DNA of 38,167 nt from an uncultured Acidiphilium sp. (lineage in GTDB: Bacteria > Bacillota > Clostridia > Christensenellales > Borkfalkiaceae), in NCBI GenBank assembly GCA_964482115.1, contig CAYZWD010000001.1, forward strand, positions 1 to 38,167, given 5' to 3'. Positions 1 through 8,800 of the stretch are shown here, in pieces. A program made the translations under genes and the position numbers. The notes under the pieces are model-generated. The model worked only from the letters and a program-made list of their open reading frames with translations. It searched no databases and was not told where the DNA came from. Within the stretch, counting starts at the first letter, position 1. Each line of letters begins with the position of its first letter.

Positions 1-241
1 GAACGTTTTCGACCAGCCGCAAACTAACGCAACTTGCAAGGTCGCCCTCTACGCGCACGTAATTGCGCAAAAGCGAATAGGTTTCTTCGCTAGTGAAAAC
101 GAGCTGAAAATTGAGTTGCTCGTTTTTTAGCATTACGGCGGAATATTCTTCGTTTTTAAGCTCGCCGTCCGGCATTACTTTTTGCAAGCTAGAAATAATT
201 TTGCCGTTTACTTTGTGCGGCGATTTTTTAACCGTTTCCAT
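1..241 (-). CDS. N-terminal fragment (80 codons) of a protein whose gene runs off the left edge: METVKKSPHKVNGKIISSLQKVMPDGELKNEEYSAVMLKNEQLNFQLVFTSEETYSLLRNYVRVEGDLASCVSLRLVENV... It has no signal peptide. It may be a DUF4091-like glycoside-hydrolase-type protein, but that is a weak guess.
   Basis: Manual reverse-complement translation is open from the ATG (complement of 239-241) to the window edge. A GGAG lies at complement 250-253, 8 nt upstream of the ATG. This ORF is absent from the ORF track because it is truncated. The family guess rests only on an N-terminal pattern remembered from DUF4091 proteins. Confidence 0.5.
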   Translation of the reverse strand, partial: METVKKSPHKVNGKIISSLQKVMPDGELKNEEYSAVMLKNEQLNFQLVFTSEETYSLLRNYVRVEGDLASCVSLRLVENV

Positions 242-360
242 TTTTCATCTCCTGTTATAAACGTTTTTAAGACGTTTCGGGGCTAGCCCCGTCTAGTTTT
301 TATAAAGCAAATTTTGCAATAATAACGCGAGCTTGTTTTTCTTATCTCCGCGCAAAATTA

Positions 361-389
361 ATTATAAACTAAAACGGCTAAAAACGCAA
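361..389 (-). promoter_or_regulatory. Candidate sigma-A/sigma-70 promoter for the truncated gene at 1-241.
   Basis: Minus strand reads TTGCGT (complement of 384-389), a 17-nt spacer, then TATAAT (complement of 361-366). This implies a leader of about 110 nt that contains the palindrome cggggctagccccg (278-291). Confidence 0.45.
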
Positions 390-447
390 GCGAAAAACGA
401 AAAAAAACGCTAGCACAAAACCAAACAAACGCAAGCGAAAAACGAAA
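382..447. repeat. Perfect 21-nt direct repeat aaacgcaagcgaaaaacgaaa, at 382-402 and 427-447 (45 bp start to start).
   Basis: Read directly from the sequence. The first copy overlaps the -35 hexamer of the candidate promoter at 361-389. Confidence 0.85.
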
Positions 448-480
448 CGAAACAAAACCGATAAAACTTAAAACGATAAA

Positions 481-527
481 AACCCGCCAAAGTGCCGTTA
501 ATCGACCTATAGGCGGGTTTTTTTATT
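481..527 (-). terminator. Bidirectional rho-independent terminator downstream of the 492-aa gene.
   Basis: Stem aacccgcc (481-488) pairs with ggcgggtt (512-519). T-runs follow on both strands: ttttttt on plus, and UUUUAUCGUUUU on the minus transcript. The 23-nt loop is long, which lowers confidence. Confidence 0.55.
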
Positions 528-643
528 ATTTTAAGTGCACTCAAAAACTAAAAAGCTTTCTTCCGCATATCTTTGGGGAGGCAAGTTTTGCCGTAATTCT
601 AGCCGAGATTATACGAACGAAACGCTCCGTTTTATATAGAGTT

Positions 644-2122
644 TCAGCCGCGCGGGCGATGCTTTTTTTGCCTTAAAATCATAATCGGCACCACTATAAA
701 AACCGCTATCACGGCGACTGCGATTAAAGAAACAACTACGTAAACTACGGCAAAGGGCTTTGACGTGTGTTTTTTAGGGCGAACGGGGTTTTCGCTAGTG
801 GAAAGCAAAAACGTTAATTCCACGCTAGGCAAACCGCTAGCGCTAAACGAGTAGCCGCCTTCGGTTTTTTCAAAACCCGAAAGGCTGCATTCGGACATAT
901 AATACGGGGTGTTTACCACGACGTTCAGTTTGCCGAAACTCTTCCACTTGCTAGCGGGCGAAAGTAAATAAGTATAGCCGAAAACGGTGGGTTTGTAGGT
1001 CGCATCGATAAAGGGATAAATAGGTGCGGTTACCGTATTCGTTATCGTTTTGCCTGCCGCAACGTTAATTTTATATTCGTACCAGCGCATAAAGTTGGCA
1101 CGATAATTATTTAAATACGCGGGCGCTTCAACCACGGGGTAACCCTCTTTATATTTGCTTGGCAAAGTCAGTTCGCAAATAAGCGCGTTTACCCAATCGA
1201 CCTCGCTTACCTCGCAATTTTCAACGCGATTTTGCAACGCAAACTGCTTAAAATTAAAGGTTTGCTCGTACACAAGGCTAACCGCGCCGCCGCTTTTTAG
1301 CTCGTTTTTATCAGCCACGTCGCCGTTTTTGTAAAATTTAAACTGCGGCTTAAACTCGCCGTTGCCAAACTTGATTATTTGAAAAGAGGATTCTCTTTTA
1401 TTAACGAACGTGCTCAAGCGCATCGTTTCGCCTATCATAGACATGCCGCTCGCTTTGTTAAAAAGCAATTTATAATCCGAACCGCCGCGATAAACGTCTA
1501 CGCCTACGGTCGCCGCGGGATAAGTTTCGAAATCAACCCCGCTGACCGAGTATTTATATACCGTAACGGGCAAATCGAGCTTAAAAAAGTCGTCGTTTAT
1601 AAACCCGCTTGAAACACGCGAAAGGTCGGCTTCTAAATCGAAACTACCGCCGCTATACGAAATAGTGTGCCTAACCGTTTTTTCTATCGGCTCGCCGTCA
1701 ACTAATATTTCGTATTTTTCGCGATCGGGCGAATATATAAGGTTGCCGTCTTCATCATAAAAACTATCGTACGACAGTTCGCCGAACGGAAACAAAAGCG
1801 TTGCCTCTACGTTCATATCGGAGGGGTTGCTAAACGTATATTCGGCGGTAACTTTGCCGGAGTACGCCAAAAAATCGCTTAATTCGCTATAATAATTTTT
1901 AGGAAATTCTTGTAAATCGAAAGTTAAATTTTCGTTTTCAACTATTATAGGGCATTCGCCGCCCGTAACTATCGCGCCCGCGCGCGTTACCCCTCTCCAA
2001 TAGGTTTGCGCAGAATTTGCGCTTACCGATGGAACAGCCGCCACACCCAACGAGCAAGTTAACGAAATAGCAAGAGCACAAAAAGCTGTAAATAATTTTA
2101 ACGAATTTTTGTTTTTTTCCAT
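644..2122 (-). CDS. Secreted, membrane-anchored protein of unknown function (492 aa). It has an N-terminal signal peptide, a beta-rich ectodomain, a single C-terminal TM helix and a basic tail (RQKKHRPRG).
   Basis: Long ORF with GGAGGG RBS (complement of 2127-2132) 4-5 nt upstream of the ATG. The N-terminus MEKNKNSLKLFTAFCALAISLTCSLGVAAVPSVSANS looks like a Sec signal. The C-terminus FAVVYVVVSLIAVAVIAVFIVVPIMIL is a TM helix. I saw no LPXTG motif. Confidence 0.85.
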   Translation of the reverse strand: MEKNKNSLKLFTAFCALAISLTCSLGVAAVPSVSANSAQTYWRGVTRAGAIVTGGECPIIVENENLTFDLQEFPKNYYSELSDFLAYSGKVTAEYTFSNPSDMNVEATLLFPFGELSYDSFYDEDGNLIYSPDREKYEILVDGEPIEKTVRHTISYSGGSFDLEADLSRVSSGFINDDFFKLDLPVTVYKYSVSGVDFETYPAATVGVDVYRGGSDYKLLFNKASGMSMIGETMRLSTFVNKRESSFQIIKFGNGEFKPQFKFYKNGDVADKNELKSGGAVSLVYEQTFNFKQFALQNRVENCEVSEVDWVNALICELTLPSKYKEGYPVVEAPAYLNNYRANFMRWYEYKINVAAGKTITNTVTAPIYPFIDATYKPTVFGYTYLLSPASKWKSFGKLNVVVNTPYYMSECSLSGFEKTEGGYSFSASGLPSVELTFLLSTSENPVRPKKHTSKPFAVVYVVVSLIAVAVIAVFIVVPIMILRQKKHRPRG

Positions 2123-2305
2123 TTTGCCCTCCGCATAAAACTAATTTTAAAACTAATAAAACTATAAAAGCCGAGCGAATTCGTTTTAAATTGTTTTTCG
2201 TTCGCAAATATTATTGCTTCCGTTTGATTTTTGTCTGCTCTTTTTTGCTTTTTTTTCGACTTTTATTTGTTTCTTATTCGCCTTTCATTCGCCTTTTTCG
2301 AGGAT

Positions 2306-2335
2306 ATTATATCATGTAAAAACGCAAGTTGTCAA
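2306..2335 (-). promoter_or_regulatory. Strong sigma-A-type promoter for the 492-aa gene.
   Basis: Minus strand reads TTGACA (complement of 2330-2335), an 18-nt spacer ending in TGa (extended -10), then TATAAT (complement of 2306-2311). This predicts an A-rich leader of about 175 nt. Confidence 0.6.
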
Positions 2336-2469
2336 TTTTTTTGGCACTTTTTCACATTTTATTCACAAATCGACTGTTTGTAGCGCAGCGCGCCCTTTTA
2401 TTTAATAACCCGCTTTTTCAATCCGTGGCGGGCGCGCCTAAAAATCGGTGTTTTTAAAGCTGCTTACAA

Positions 2470-2499
2470 TTGACAAGGCAACGTTTTTACCTTTACAAT
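2470..2499 (+). promoter_or_regulatory. Candidate promoter for the histidine phosphatase gene, divergent from the promoter at 2306-2335.
   Basis: TTGACA at 2470-2475, an 18-nt spacer, then TACAAT at 2494-2499. Confidence 0.5.
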
Positions 2500-2576
2500 T
2501 ATGGCAAAAAATGATATACTGTTAGCACGAAAACTTATTTTAAAATATCGTTTTTTTACGAGTGCGAGGCGACTAT

Positions 2577-3305
2577 ATGAACGACTTTAATCGAGAAAAA
2601 TTAACTAATTTAAACGCAAAAAACGCAAAAAACGCAAAAACCGCAAAAAACGCAAAAGATTGCCCCGCTACCTTGATAATAGTGCGGCACGGTTATAGCC
2701 AAGCCAACGAAGCGGGGTATTTAACGGGGCAAAGCGACGTTCCGCTTGCCAAACTAGGCGAAATTCAAGCCGAAAAAACGGCGGCGGAAGTTTTTAAAAA
2801 ATATAAAATAGACGGGATTTATTCAAGCCCGCTAAAGCGCGCGCGGCAAACGGCAGAGCCGATTGCTAAGCTTTTTAAACTGCCCGTCGTTTTAGAAAAC
2901 GACTTGCAAGAAATTAACGCCGGCGAATGGGAGGGGCACACCCCCGACGAGCTTTTGGCTAAATATCCTAAAGAATTTTCGCTCTGGAAAAACGACGTTG
3001 GAAACGCGCGTTGCACGGGCGGCGAAAGCGTTTTAGAAGTTCAAAACCGCGCCGTTGCCGCGCTTAAAAAAATTGCCGAGGCGAACCTAGGAAAGACCGT
3101 TGCCGTAACCACTCATGCTTGTTTTATACGCACGGCTTTTTGCGCTTTTTACGGTTTAACGCTTGCGGATATGAAAAATTTGCAGTGGGAGCCTAACGCA
3201 TCTATCAGCGTGGTTAGCTATAAGTCGGGTGTTTTTACGATTGAAGAACGCGGGAAAGCCGACCACTTGGCGGGCATAACCACCACGTTGCCTACTAGCG
3301 TTTAG
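2577..3305 (+). CDS. Histidine phosphatase family protein (phosphoglycerate mutase-like, GpmB/CobC-type) with an unusual Lys/Asn-rich N-terminal extension of about 35 aa.
   Basis: The RHG motif (LIIVRHGYSQANE) is present. Other family motifs are SSPLKRARQTAEPIA, EINAGEWEGH, GGES and TTHACFIR. I prefer the ATG at 2577 (GAGG 7 nt upstream) over the GTG at 2562 given in the ORF track. Confidence 0.85.
   Translation: MNDFNREKLTNLNAKNAKNAKTAKNAKDCPATLIIVRHGYSQANEAGYLTGQSDVPLAKLGEIQAEKTAAEVFKKYKIDGIYSSPLKRARQTAEPIAKLFKLPVVLENDLQEINAGEWEGHTPDELLAKYPKEFSLWKNDVGNARCTGGESVLEVQNRAVAALKKIAEANLGKTVAVTTHACFIRTAFCAFYGLTLADMKNLQWEPNASISVVSYKSGVFTIEERGKADHLAGITTTLPTSV
2613..2657 (+). repeat. In-frame 9-bp microsatellite (aacgcaaaa), 5 copies, encoding (NAK)n in the phosphatase N-terminus.
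   Basis: Read directly: aacgcaaaa x3, accgcaaaa, aacgcaaaa. It translates to NAKNAKNAKTAKNAK. Confidence 0.9.
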
Positions 3306-3353
3306 TTGAGTTTTATTTTAAAAGTGCCGCTATAGGCGAGTTTTTTAAAATTT

Positions 3354-5459
3354 TTATTCTAAAACCAAAACCGTGGTTGCGTAGTATTCTATTTCGGTTT
3401 TTATCGTAACCACGCTATCGTTGCGCAAAAAGCGAACGGCTACGCGCTTGCCTGCGCGGGTTAAGCGGCTAACTCGTGAAAATTCAACCCCGCCCAAACG
3501 CAATGCGATAGAACTATACGACTCGCAATTGCCGTTAACAAGCATTAACACGTGCGAAGTTTCGGTTTTAAACAAATACGGGCTAACACCCTCTTTTTCG
3601 GCTATAGCGAAGTGCGGAGCGTGTTCGGCAATAAACTGCGTTATAAAATGTCTGCGCAAATCGCAAAACTGCGAATAGTGCAATTCTTGCAACGGATACG
3701 GCACGACGGCAAAGCCTTTTGATTTAGCCGCGCCAGAATTATTTTCCGCGCCAGAATTATTTTCCGCGCCCGAATTATTATCCGCGCCCGAATCAACGAC
3801 CGAATCAACGACCGAGCCCTCGACGAAACCGTTGGCAACCCGCGCGCACAAATGATTTTTGACTTCCGTGCGGACGGTAACGGGCGAATCGTAAACGACG
3901 TTTATAAAATCCCCGGCAGAGGCGCGGCACGACGCGCGCAGCCCGCGCACGCCCTCGATTATTAAATTTTGGTCGGAACATTCTTCGTAAGCGTGAAAAC
4001 CCGTACCGGGCAAAACCGTATTAGCGCTATGCGCGCCGATTAAAGAAAGTAACCCGCGGGCTTGCAGTTCGAGCACGGCGCCCCCATCTAAAATCACGTA
4101 GTTATTTTTAAAAAGGTCGCGCAGCTCGTCATCGGTAAAATAGTGCGAATTGTCTTTGCAAAGCAAAACGCACGCACCGCTCAGATTTTTTTGTTTTGTG
4201 TAAGCGTAGCTAACGCCTAGCGCCGAAATATAAGCCGCCAGCTTGCTTTCGTTGGCTTTTAAATCGGAAAATTCGCCGTTTTTGCTTATGGGCAAGCAAT
4301 ACGCCGCGCGGCAATCGATAGGCACAAGCACGCCGACAAGCGAATCAAACTGCAAATGCAAATCGAGCACGGCTTGTTGCAAGGGCAAAACTTCTTTTAC
4401 CACCTGCCCGTAACCGGACGATTCACGCACGCCGTTGCCGATAAAATCGTAAATAGAATACGTCATACCGGATAAAACCAGTGGCAAAGCCGCCTCTAAG
4501 GCGAAACGCAAATAACGCGGACTACGCGCGAATTGCGACGACGGACCGTGCTCCACCTCCGGCAAAACGACCACGTTTTTAGGCGACGCGGCGCGCACGG
4601 GCATACTTACCGAGTTTAAATACCAAAGGTTATCCTTACCCGAGGGCTCGCCGTAGCACATATGAATGCGGCTTATTTCGTTACCTTTGCAAGACAGCGT
4701 TTCGAATAACGCGCCCCAATCGCGAGCCTCTGCTAAGTGCGAATCGTAAGCAGAACTCATAAGCCCCACTTCGGTAGCGGGATTGCCCGCCTTTACAGCC
4801 GCAGTAATTTCAGCCGCAAGCGAAAGGATGCAATCGCGGCTGACGTTTAAAAACACGGCGCGTTCTTTAGTTGGTTCGCCCGCGGCAAAAACGCGTTCTA
4901 CAAACTGCTCGCGGGTGTAATCAGTGCCCAAGCGGCGGTTATATTCCGCCATATGCAACGGGCAAAAACAGCCGACGCCGTAAAGCGGCGCGTGGTTGTG
5001 TAAACGAAAATCGTCCTCTATCCAAAAAGTATCGGGCTTTAACTCTTTAACCAAAAAGGTTACGTAATTTTTATAATATTGCAGCCAATTTTTATCTAGC
5101 GGGCAAGTGCAAAACTCAGCCGAGCGCCCGTTCATATCCACTAGATAATTAAAGTTTTGCCCGACGTAAGGCTGCATTCCTCGGTCGGCATGCCCTAATT
5201 CGAGCCAATTGTTCAAACTGACCGAAATACCTGCGGCTTTTAACGCGTTAGCCGCACGGCGAAGCACTTCGAGCCAAGGTAAAGCTGCCTCGCAAGTAAT
5301 GTGCCCGCGATTAAAATCTTCGGCGTTAAACATAAGCATTACGTTATCGAATCCGTATTTAACGCAATGTTTAACCATATCGGAAATGCGCTCGTCTGCA
5401 CGACAGTCGTCGGTGATTTGTAAGCGTAAGCAGTTGTGATATTTGCGATTATATTCCAT
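3354..5459 (-). CDS. Cytoplasmic 701-aa protein, a putative TIM-barrel glycoside-hydrolase-like enzyme (distant GH42-like layout). The exact function is unknown.
   Basis: Long ORF with no signal peptide. RBS GGGGG is the complement of 5466-5470. The motif FWIEDDFR followed by GCFCPLHMAEYNRRLG, and FCTCP upstream, resembles the acid/base strand plus Cys-cluster arrangement of GH42 enzymes. This rests on memory of the family, not on a search. Confidence 0.8.
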   Translation of the reverse strand: MEYNRKYHNCLRLQITDDCRADERISDMVKHCVKYGFDNVMLMFNAEDFNRGHITCEAALPWLEVLRRAANALKAAGISVSLNNWLELGHADRGMQPYVGQNFNYLVDMNGRSAEFCTCPLDKNWLQYYKNYVTFLVKELKPDTFWIEDDFRLHNHAPLYGVGCFCPLHMAEYNRRLGTDYTREQFVERVFAAGEPTKERAVFLNVSRDCILSLAAEITAAVKAGNPATEVGLMSSAYDSHLAEARDWGALFETLSCKGNEISRIHMCYGEPSGKDNLWYLNSVSMPVRAASPKNVVVLPEVEHGPSSQFARSPRYLRFALEAALPLVLSGMTYSIYDFIGNGVRESSGYGQVVKEVLPLQQAVLDLHLQFDSLVGVLVPIDCRAAYCLPISKNGEFSDLKANESKLAAYISALGVSYAYTKQKNLSGACVLLCKDNSHYFTDDELRDLFKNNYVILDGGAVLELQARGLLSLIGAHSANTVLPGTGFHAYEECSDQNLIIEGVRGLRASCRASAGDFINVVYDSPVTVRTEVKNHLCARVANGFVEGSVVDSVVDSGADNNSGAENNSGAENNSGAAKSKGFAVVPYPLQELHYSQFCDLRRHFITQFIAEHAPHFAIAEKEGVSPYLFKTETSHVLMLVNGNCESYSSIALRLGGVEFSRVSRLTRAGKRVAVRFLRNDSVVTIKTEIEYYATTVLVLE
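3728..3811 (-). repeat. In-frame 18-bp and 12-bp tandem repeats inside the 701-aa gene.
   Basis: ccgcgccagaattatttt occurs twice, followed by two diverged copies, then ccgaatcaacga twice. The encoded linker is SVVDSVVDSGADNNSGAENNSGAENNSGAAKSKG. Confidence 0.9.
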
Positions 5460-5528
5460 TATAAGCCCCCTATTTTAGCTTTTGTGTTTTTTCTTTTTGC
5501 CGCAACTTTTACCTTTTGGCACATAGAA

Positions 5529-5557
5529 ATTTTAACATAATGCGGGCGTAATGTCAA
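5529..5557 (-). promoter_or_regulatory. Strong sigma-A-type promoter for the 701-aa gene.
   Basis: Minus strand reads TTGACA (complement of 5552-5557), a 17-nt spacer ending in TGt (extended -10), then TAAAAT (complement of 5529-5534). Confidence 0.65.
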
Positions 5558-5632
5558 TGAATTTTTTAGTGCCTTTGTTTATTGCGCAATCGGGAACGGA
5601 AAGACGTCTTTTCGTTTTTTTGCATATATAAC

Positions 5633-5725
5633 AAGCCGAGATCACGCCGCGGGGCGGCACTGCCAACGCAGTTCGGCTCGCGCTTTTCGCGCTCGCTCGG
5701 GGCAGCCGAGAGATATTATCCGCCC
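5633..5725. repeat. Copy A of a repeated intergenic element. It lies between the terminator of the 1785-aa gene and the promoter of the 701-aa gene.
   Basis: caagccgagatcacgccgcggggcggcactgccaacgcagttcggctcgcgcttttcgcgctcgctcgg aligns by eye at roughly 80% identity with 11614-11679. A second, degenerate agccgaga..atccgcc motif follows at 5703-5725. Confidence 0.75.
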
Positions 5726-5780
5726 TCTTCGGCAAGTTTTCCACCGACGATGGCAGAGTAACGTTCGGGTTTATACAAGC

Positions 5781-5811
5781 AAAAAAGCCTTCCGAGAGGA
5801 AGGCTTTTTTT
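5781..5811 (-). terminator. Bidirectional rho-independent terminator ending the long minus-strand gene run.
   Basis: aaaaaagccttcc - gaga - ggaaggctttttttt. The GC-containing stem is 8 bp, the loop is 4 nt, and there is an A-run upstream and a T-run downstream. It lies about 70 nt after the stop codon at 5882. Confidence 0.85.
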
Positions 5812-5881
5812 GTTGTTTCAATTGCTTGTTGTTGCAATTGCTTTTTCACTTTCTTTTGCTATTGTTTTGCCGCTTTTGAGC

Positions 5882-8800
5882 TTAGCCCTCTAGCGAGAAA
5901 CCTGCACAAGTAACGGAACCGTTGTTCGCGAACAAGTAAGCCCTGTTAGTTATAGTACAAGACGTAAAGGTTATCTTATCGCCCGAAATAGTACCAACTA
6001 AGGTTTTACCTTGGTCACCTGAAATCGTCCTTGTGAAAGTAAAGGTAATTTCGTTACCGTTTAACACGGCGGTAAAGTCAAAGTAATAAGACGTTCCACC
6101 GCCGTATAACGTACCGGTTATCTCACCGCTAACGGCAAACTCTATTCTAAGCGTTTGAACGGCGTTTTCACCGTCTTTGTAGCTACCGGTGAAAGTTTTT
6201 CCTGCGAAGATAGAAACTTCAGCAAAGGTTTTGCTTTCTACGTTGATGCCGTAAGTTACGGCTACGCCGCTTGCGGGGGTTAAGGTAATAGCGCTACCGT
6301 TTACGTTGTAAGTTCCGCTTTCTGTACCGTGAGTGTAAGCGCCCTTGCCGTCTAAAACGAAAGCAACGTCGTCACCCGCTAAGGTGTAAGAACCCTCAAA
6401 GCCGTCCGAAGTGGGGATAGTATCCGAAGTAACGCCGTTATCTACGGAGAATTTAGTTAATTCTACGCCGTCGCGGGTTACGGTTATTATTCTTGCGCTT
6501 TCAACTTCTACCGTGTTGCCGGCGAGATCGGTTGCGGTAACGGTTACGTTAGCGTAAAGCTTATCGTTGCGCATAACGATAACCATGGTTTGCGAACCGA
6601 AATCAACCGTCATAATGCGCGTTTTGTTACTATCGAAGTTAACCAAAGCCGTTTTAGCAACGGTTACGTCGGTGGTTGAAACAACGTATACGTAAGTATC
6701 GGTGCCAAGCCCGTTGCTTAAACCGCTATAGTAGTTGACGGCAAATGCTTTTGCCGATGCATCGTAATAACCGAAATATTCGTCAGAGCCGCTAGTGAAA
6801 GTAAACGTGCCGGTTTCCGCATTATAGTTAGTGATTTTACCCGTTTTAAAGCCCGAAACGGTGCCGTCTGCCGCTATCGTCGTAAAGTTCATCTTATACA
6901 AATTAGAAGCATAATATACTTCAAATCCGCTATAAGTGCCGCATAAAGGCGAAGGATCGATATATTTAGCTTTATAAATATAAATAGCGTTCGTAAGCTC
7001 TGTGCTGACGGAGGCTTTTGCATCCGTATAATCAAGGCCGTCCATTAAATACCAGTCGTCGAATACTTTTCCGTCGTCAAGAACTCTGGTAAGTTTGGCG
7101 GGTATCTCTGTATCCGTTAATTTTTCGCTTTGGAACTTGTTAACCGTTTTTATGGGATTTACACCATCGTAATCATAGAATTGAACGCTTACGGGATAAT
7201 TGTATTCAGCATAGAATTCTACAAGTTCGGCATTGAGTTTAGTGCTAGAAGTTACCTTATCGCCCCATTCGCCGAGTTCGCCGTGCGCAGTGTAAATGCC
7301 GGCAAATTTCTTTTGCGTCGCATCGTAACCGGTGGGCGCGTAATTGTAAACCTTATAAGGAGCGGATTTGTCATCGCCAACGTAGCAATCGAGATCTTTT
7401 CCGGCGAAGGTTGCAAGAAGAGTAGTGCCGTCTTCATCGTAAATTTTTACTACTACTTGGTTTTTCCATTTTGCGTAGAAAGTAAAGGCATCTGAAGTAA
7501 GTATAAACGAAGATTCTAGCTTAGTACCCCATTCTCCGTCCGTTCCGTCTGCCGTGCACCAAGCTTCTAACTTCTTAGTTTTTTCATCACCGTCATATGC
7601 GTTGGTGAGGTAATTGGCACGGTCAGCCCACACGCCTACTGTATCGCCTACGTAATAGGTTTTAGAAAGGGTTCTTTCAACTTCGGTAGCACCGTCCATC
7701 CAAGTAAAGGTTACTTGTTTAGACCATTTTGCATAGAAATTAGTATCAGTTTCGGTAAGAACGGTAGCAGAGGTAACCTTAGTGCCCCAATCGCCGTCCG
7801 TACCGTCTAAGGTATACCATCCGTCGAAACGGTAGCCGTCCTTAGTGAGGTTAGCTATATCCGCCGATTTAACGGTGTCGTTTACGAAATAATCGGTTTT
7901 AACGGTAGTAGATTCGCCGTCGTGCAAAGTAACGGTGACGGCAGCTTCCCACTTAGCGTAAAGTGTCGTATCTTCAGAAACGGTGATTGCCTCGGTAGAT
8001 ATTTTGTTAGTTAAATCTTCGTCCGTAAACCAACCGACGAAGCGGTAACCGTCTTCGGAGAGGGCGGGAAGAACTACCCTTGCGTTTTTGCGTTCGGTTA
8101 AGGTCGTATCGCTCAAAGAACCATGACCGTTCAACGTGTAAGTTACGGTTACTTCAGGCGTAACGTCCGTAAGGTCGGTTTCGCCTATAGTTGCCTCGGT
8201 ATAAACGTCGTTAATGGTGAAGGCTATCTTTTTATCGGCGAGGTCTAAAATAGTATAGGTAGAAGTGCCGGGGTTAAAGTCTCCCGCGACGGTGATTATT
8301 CCGTTACCGTTTAAAGTGGCGGTTTCTTCGCCTAAAGTATAAGTGCCTGCAAATTGATCGATAGGCGCGGCGTTGGTTATTACTCTACCGTTTATGGTGA
8401 GGTTTTTAATATAAGCTGCGTCTAACCCTTTATCGACACCAGAGTCCTTTTGATAAGTAATTCTTATTTCTTTGTAACTAAAATCCGGGTGAACGTAAGC
8501 GGTTAAACGTTGCCAGCCCCAGCTATCGGGATCGGAAGCGTTTGCGCTATGATTGCCGCCTGCGGTTATCGTAGTTTGCTTAACGCCTTCGGCGTTACTG
8601 TAATATATTGTTAAATAATCATAGCTAGTTGCACTTTCGGATTCGCAGAAATAATCGAACGAAATTTCGGTTAAGCCCGAAACCGCCTCAAGCCTCAAAA
8701 GTGCGGTGCTGCTTTTAACGTGATAGTTATTCGACTTAAACGCGCCGATAGTTTCGTCGTAAACGAAAGTGTAAGTATTGCCTAACTCAACGGAAACGTC

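Noticed and set aside
1938-2405. ORFs 1938-2207 (-) and 2214-2405 (+).
   Set aside because: The first overlaps the true start and signal peptide of the 492-aa gene out of frame. The second is a Phe-rich translation of the T-rich promoter/leader region. Neither has an RBS.
3306-3353. Terminator between the convergent phosphatase gene and the 701-aa gene.
   Set aside because: Only a 3-4-bp stem can form (gcc-gctata-ggc) ahead of tttttt. The sequence aaagtgccg.tataggcg.gtttttt looks like a degenerate copy of the 3' half of the terminator at 481-527 that lacks the 5' arm. This is too weak to call.
5633-5725. Integron attC-like sites, because the repeated imperfect-palindrome elements lie at the 3' ends of consecutive genes.
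   Set aside because: No integrase or attI is present. The putative cassettes would be 4-5 kb and have their own RBS and promoter. No GTTRRRY core is evident. A REP-like or duplication-scar explanation fits better.
5532-5849. 105-aa ORF on the minus strand.
   Set aside because: It spans a clear terminator (5781-5811), the repeated intergenic element and the promoter at 5529-5557. It has no RBS and an implausible composition.
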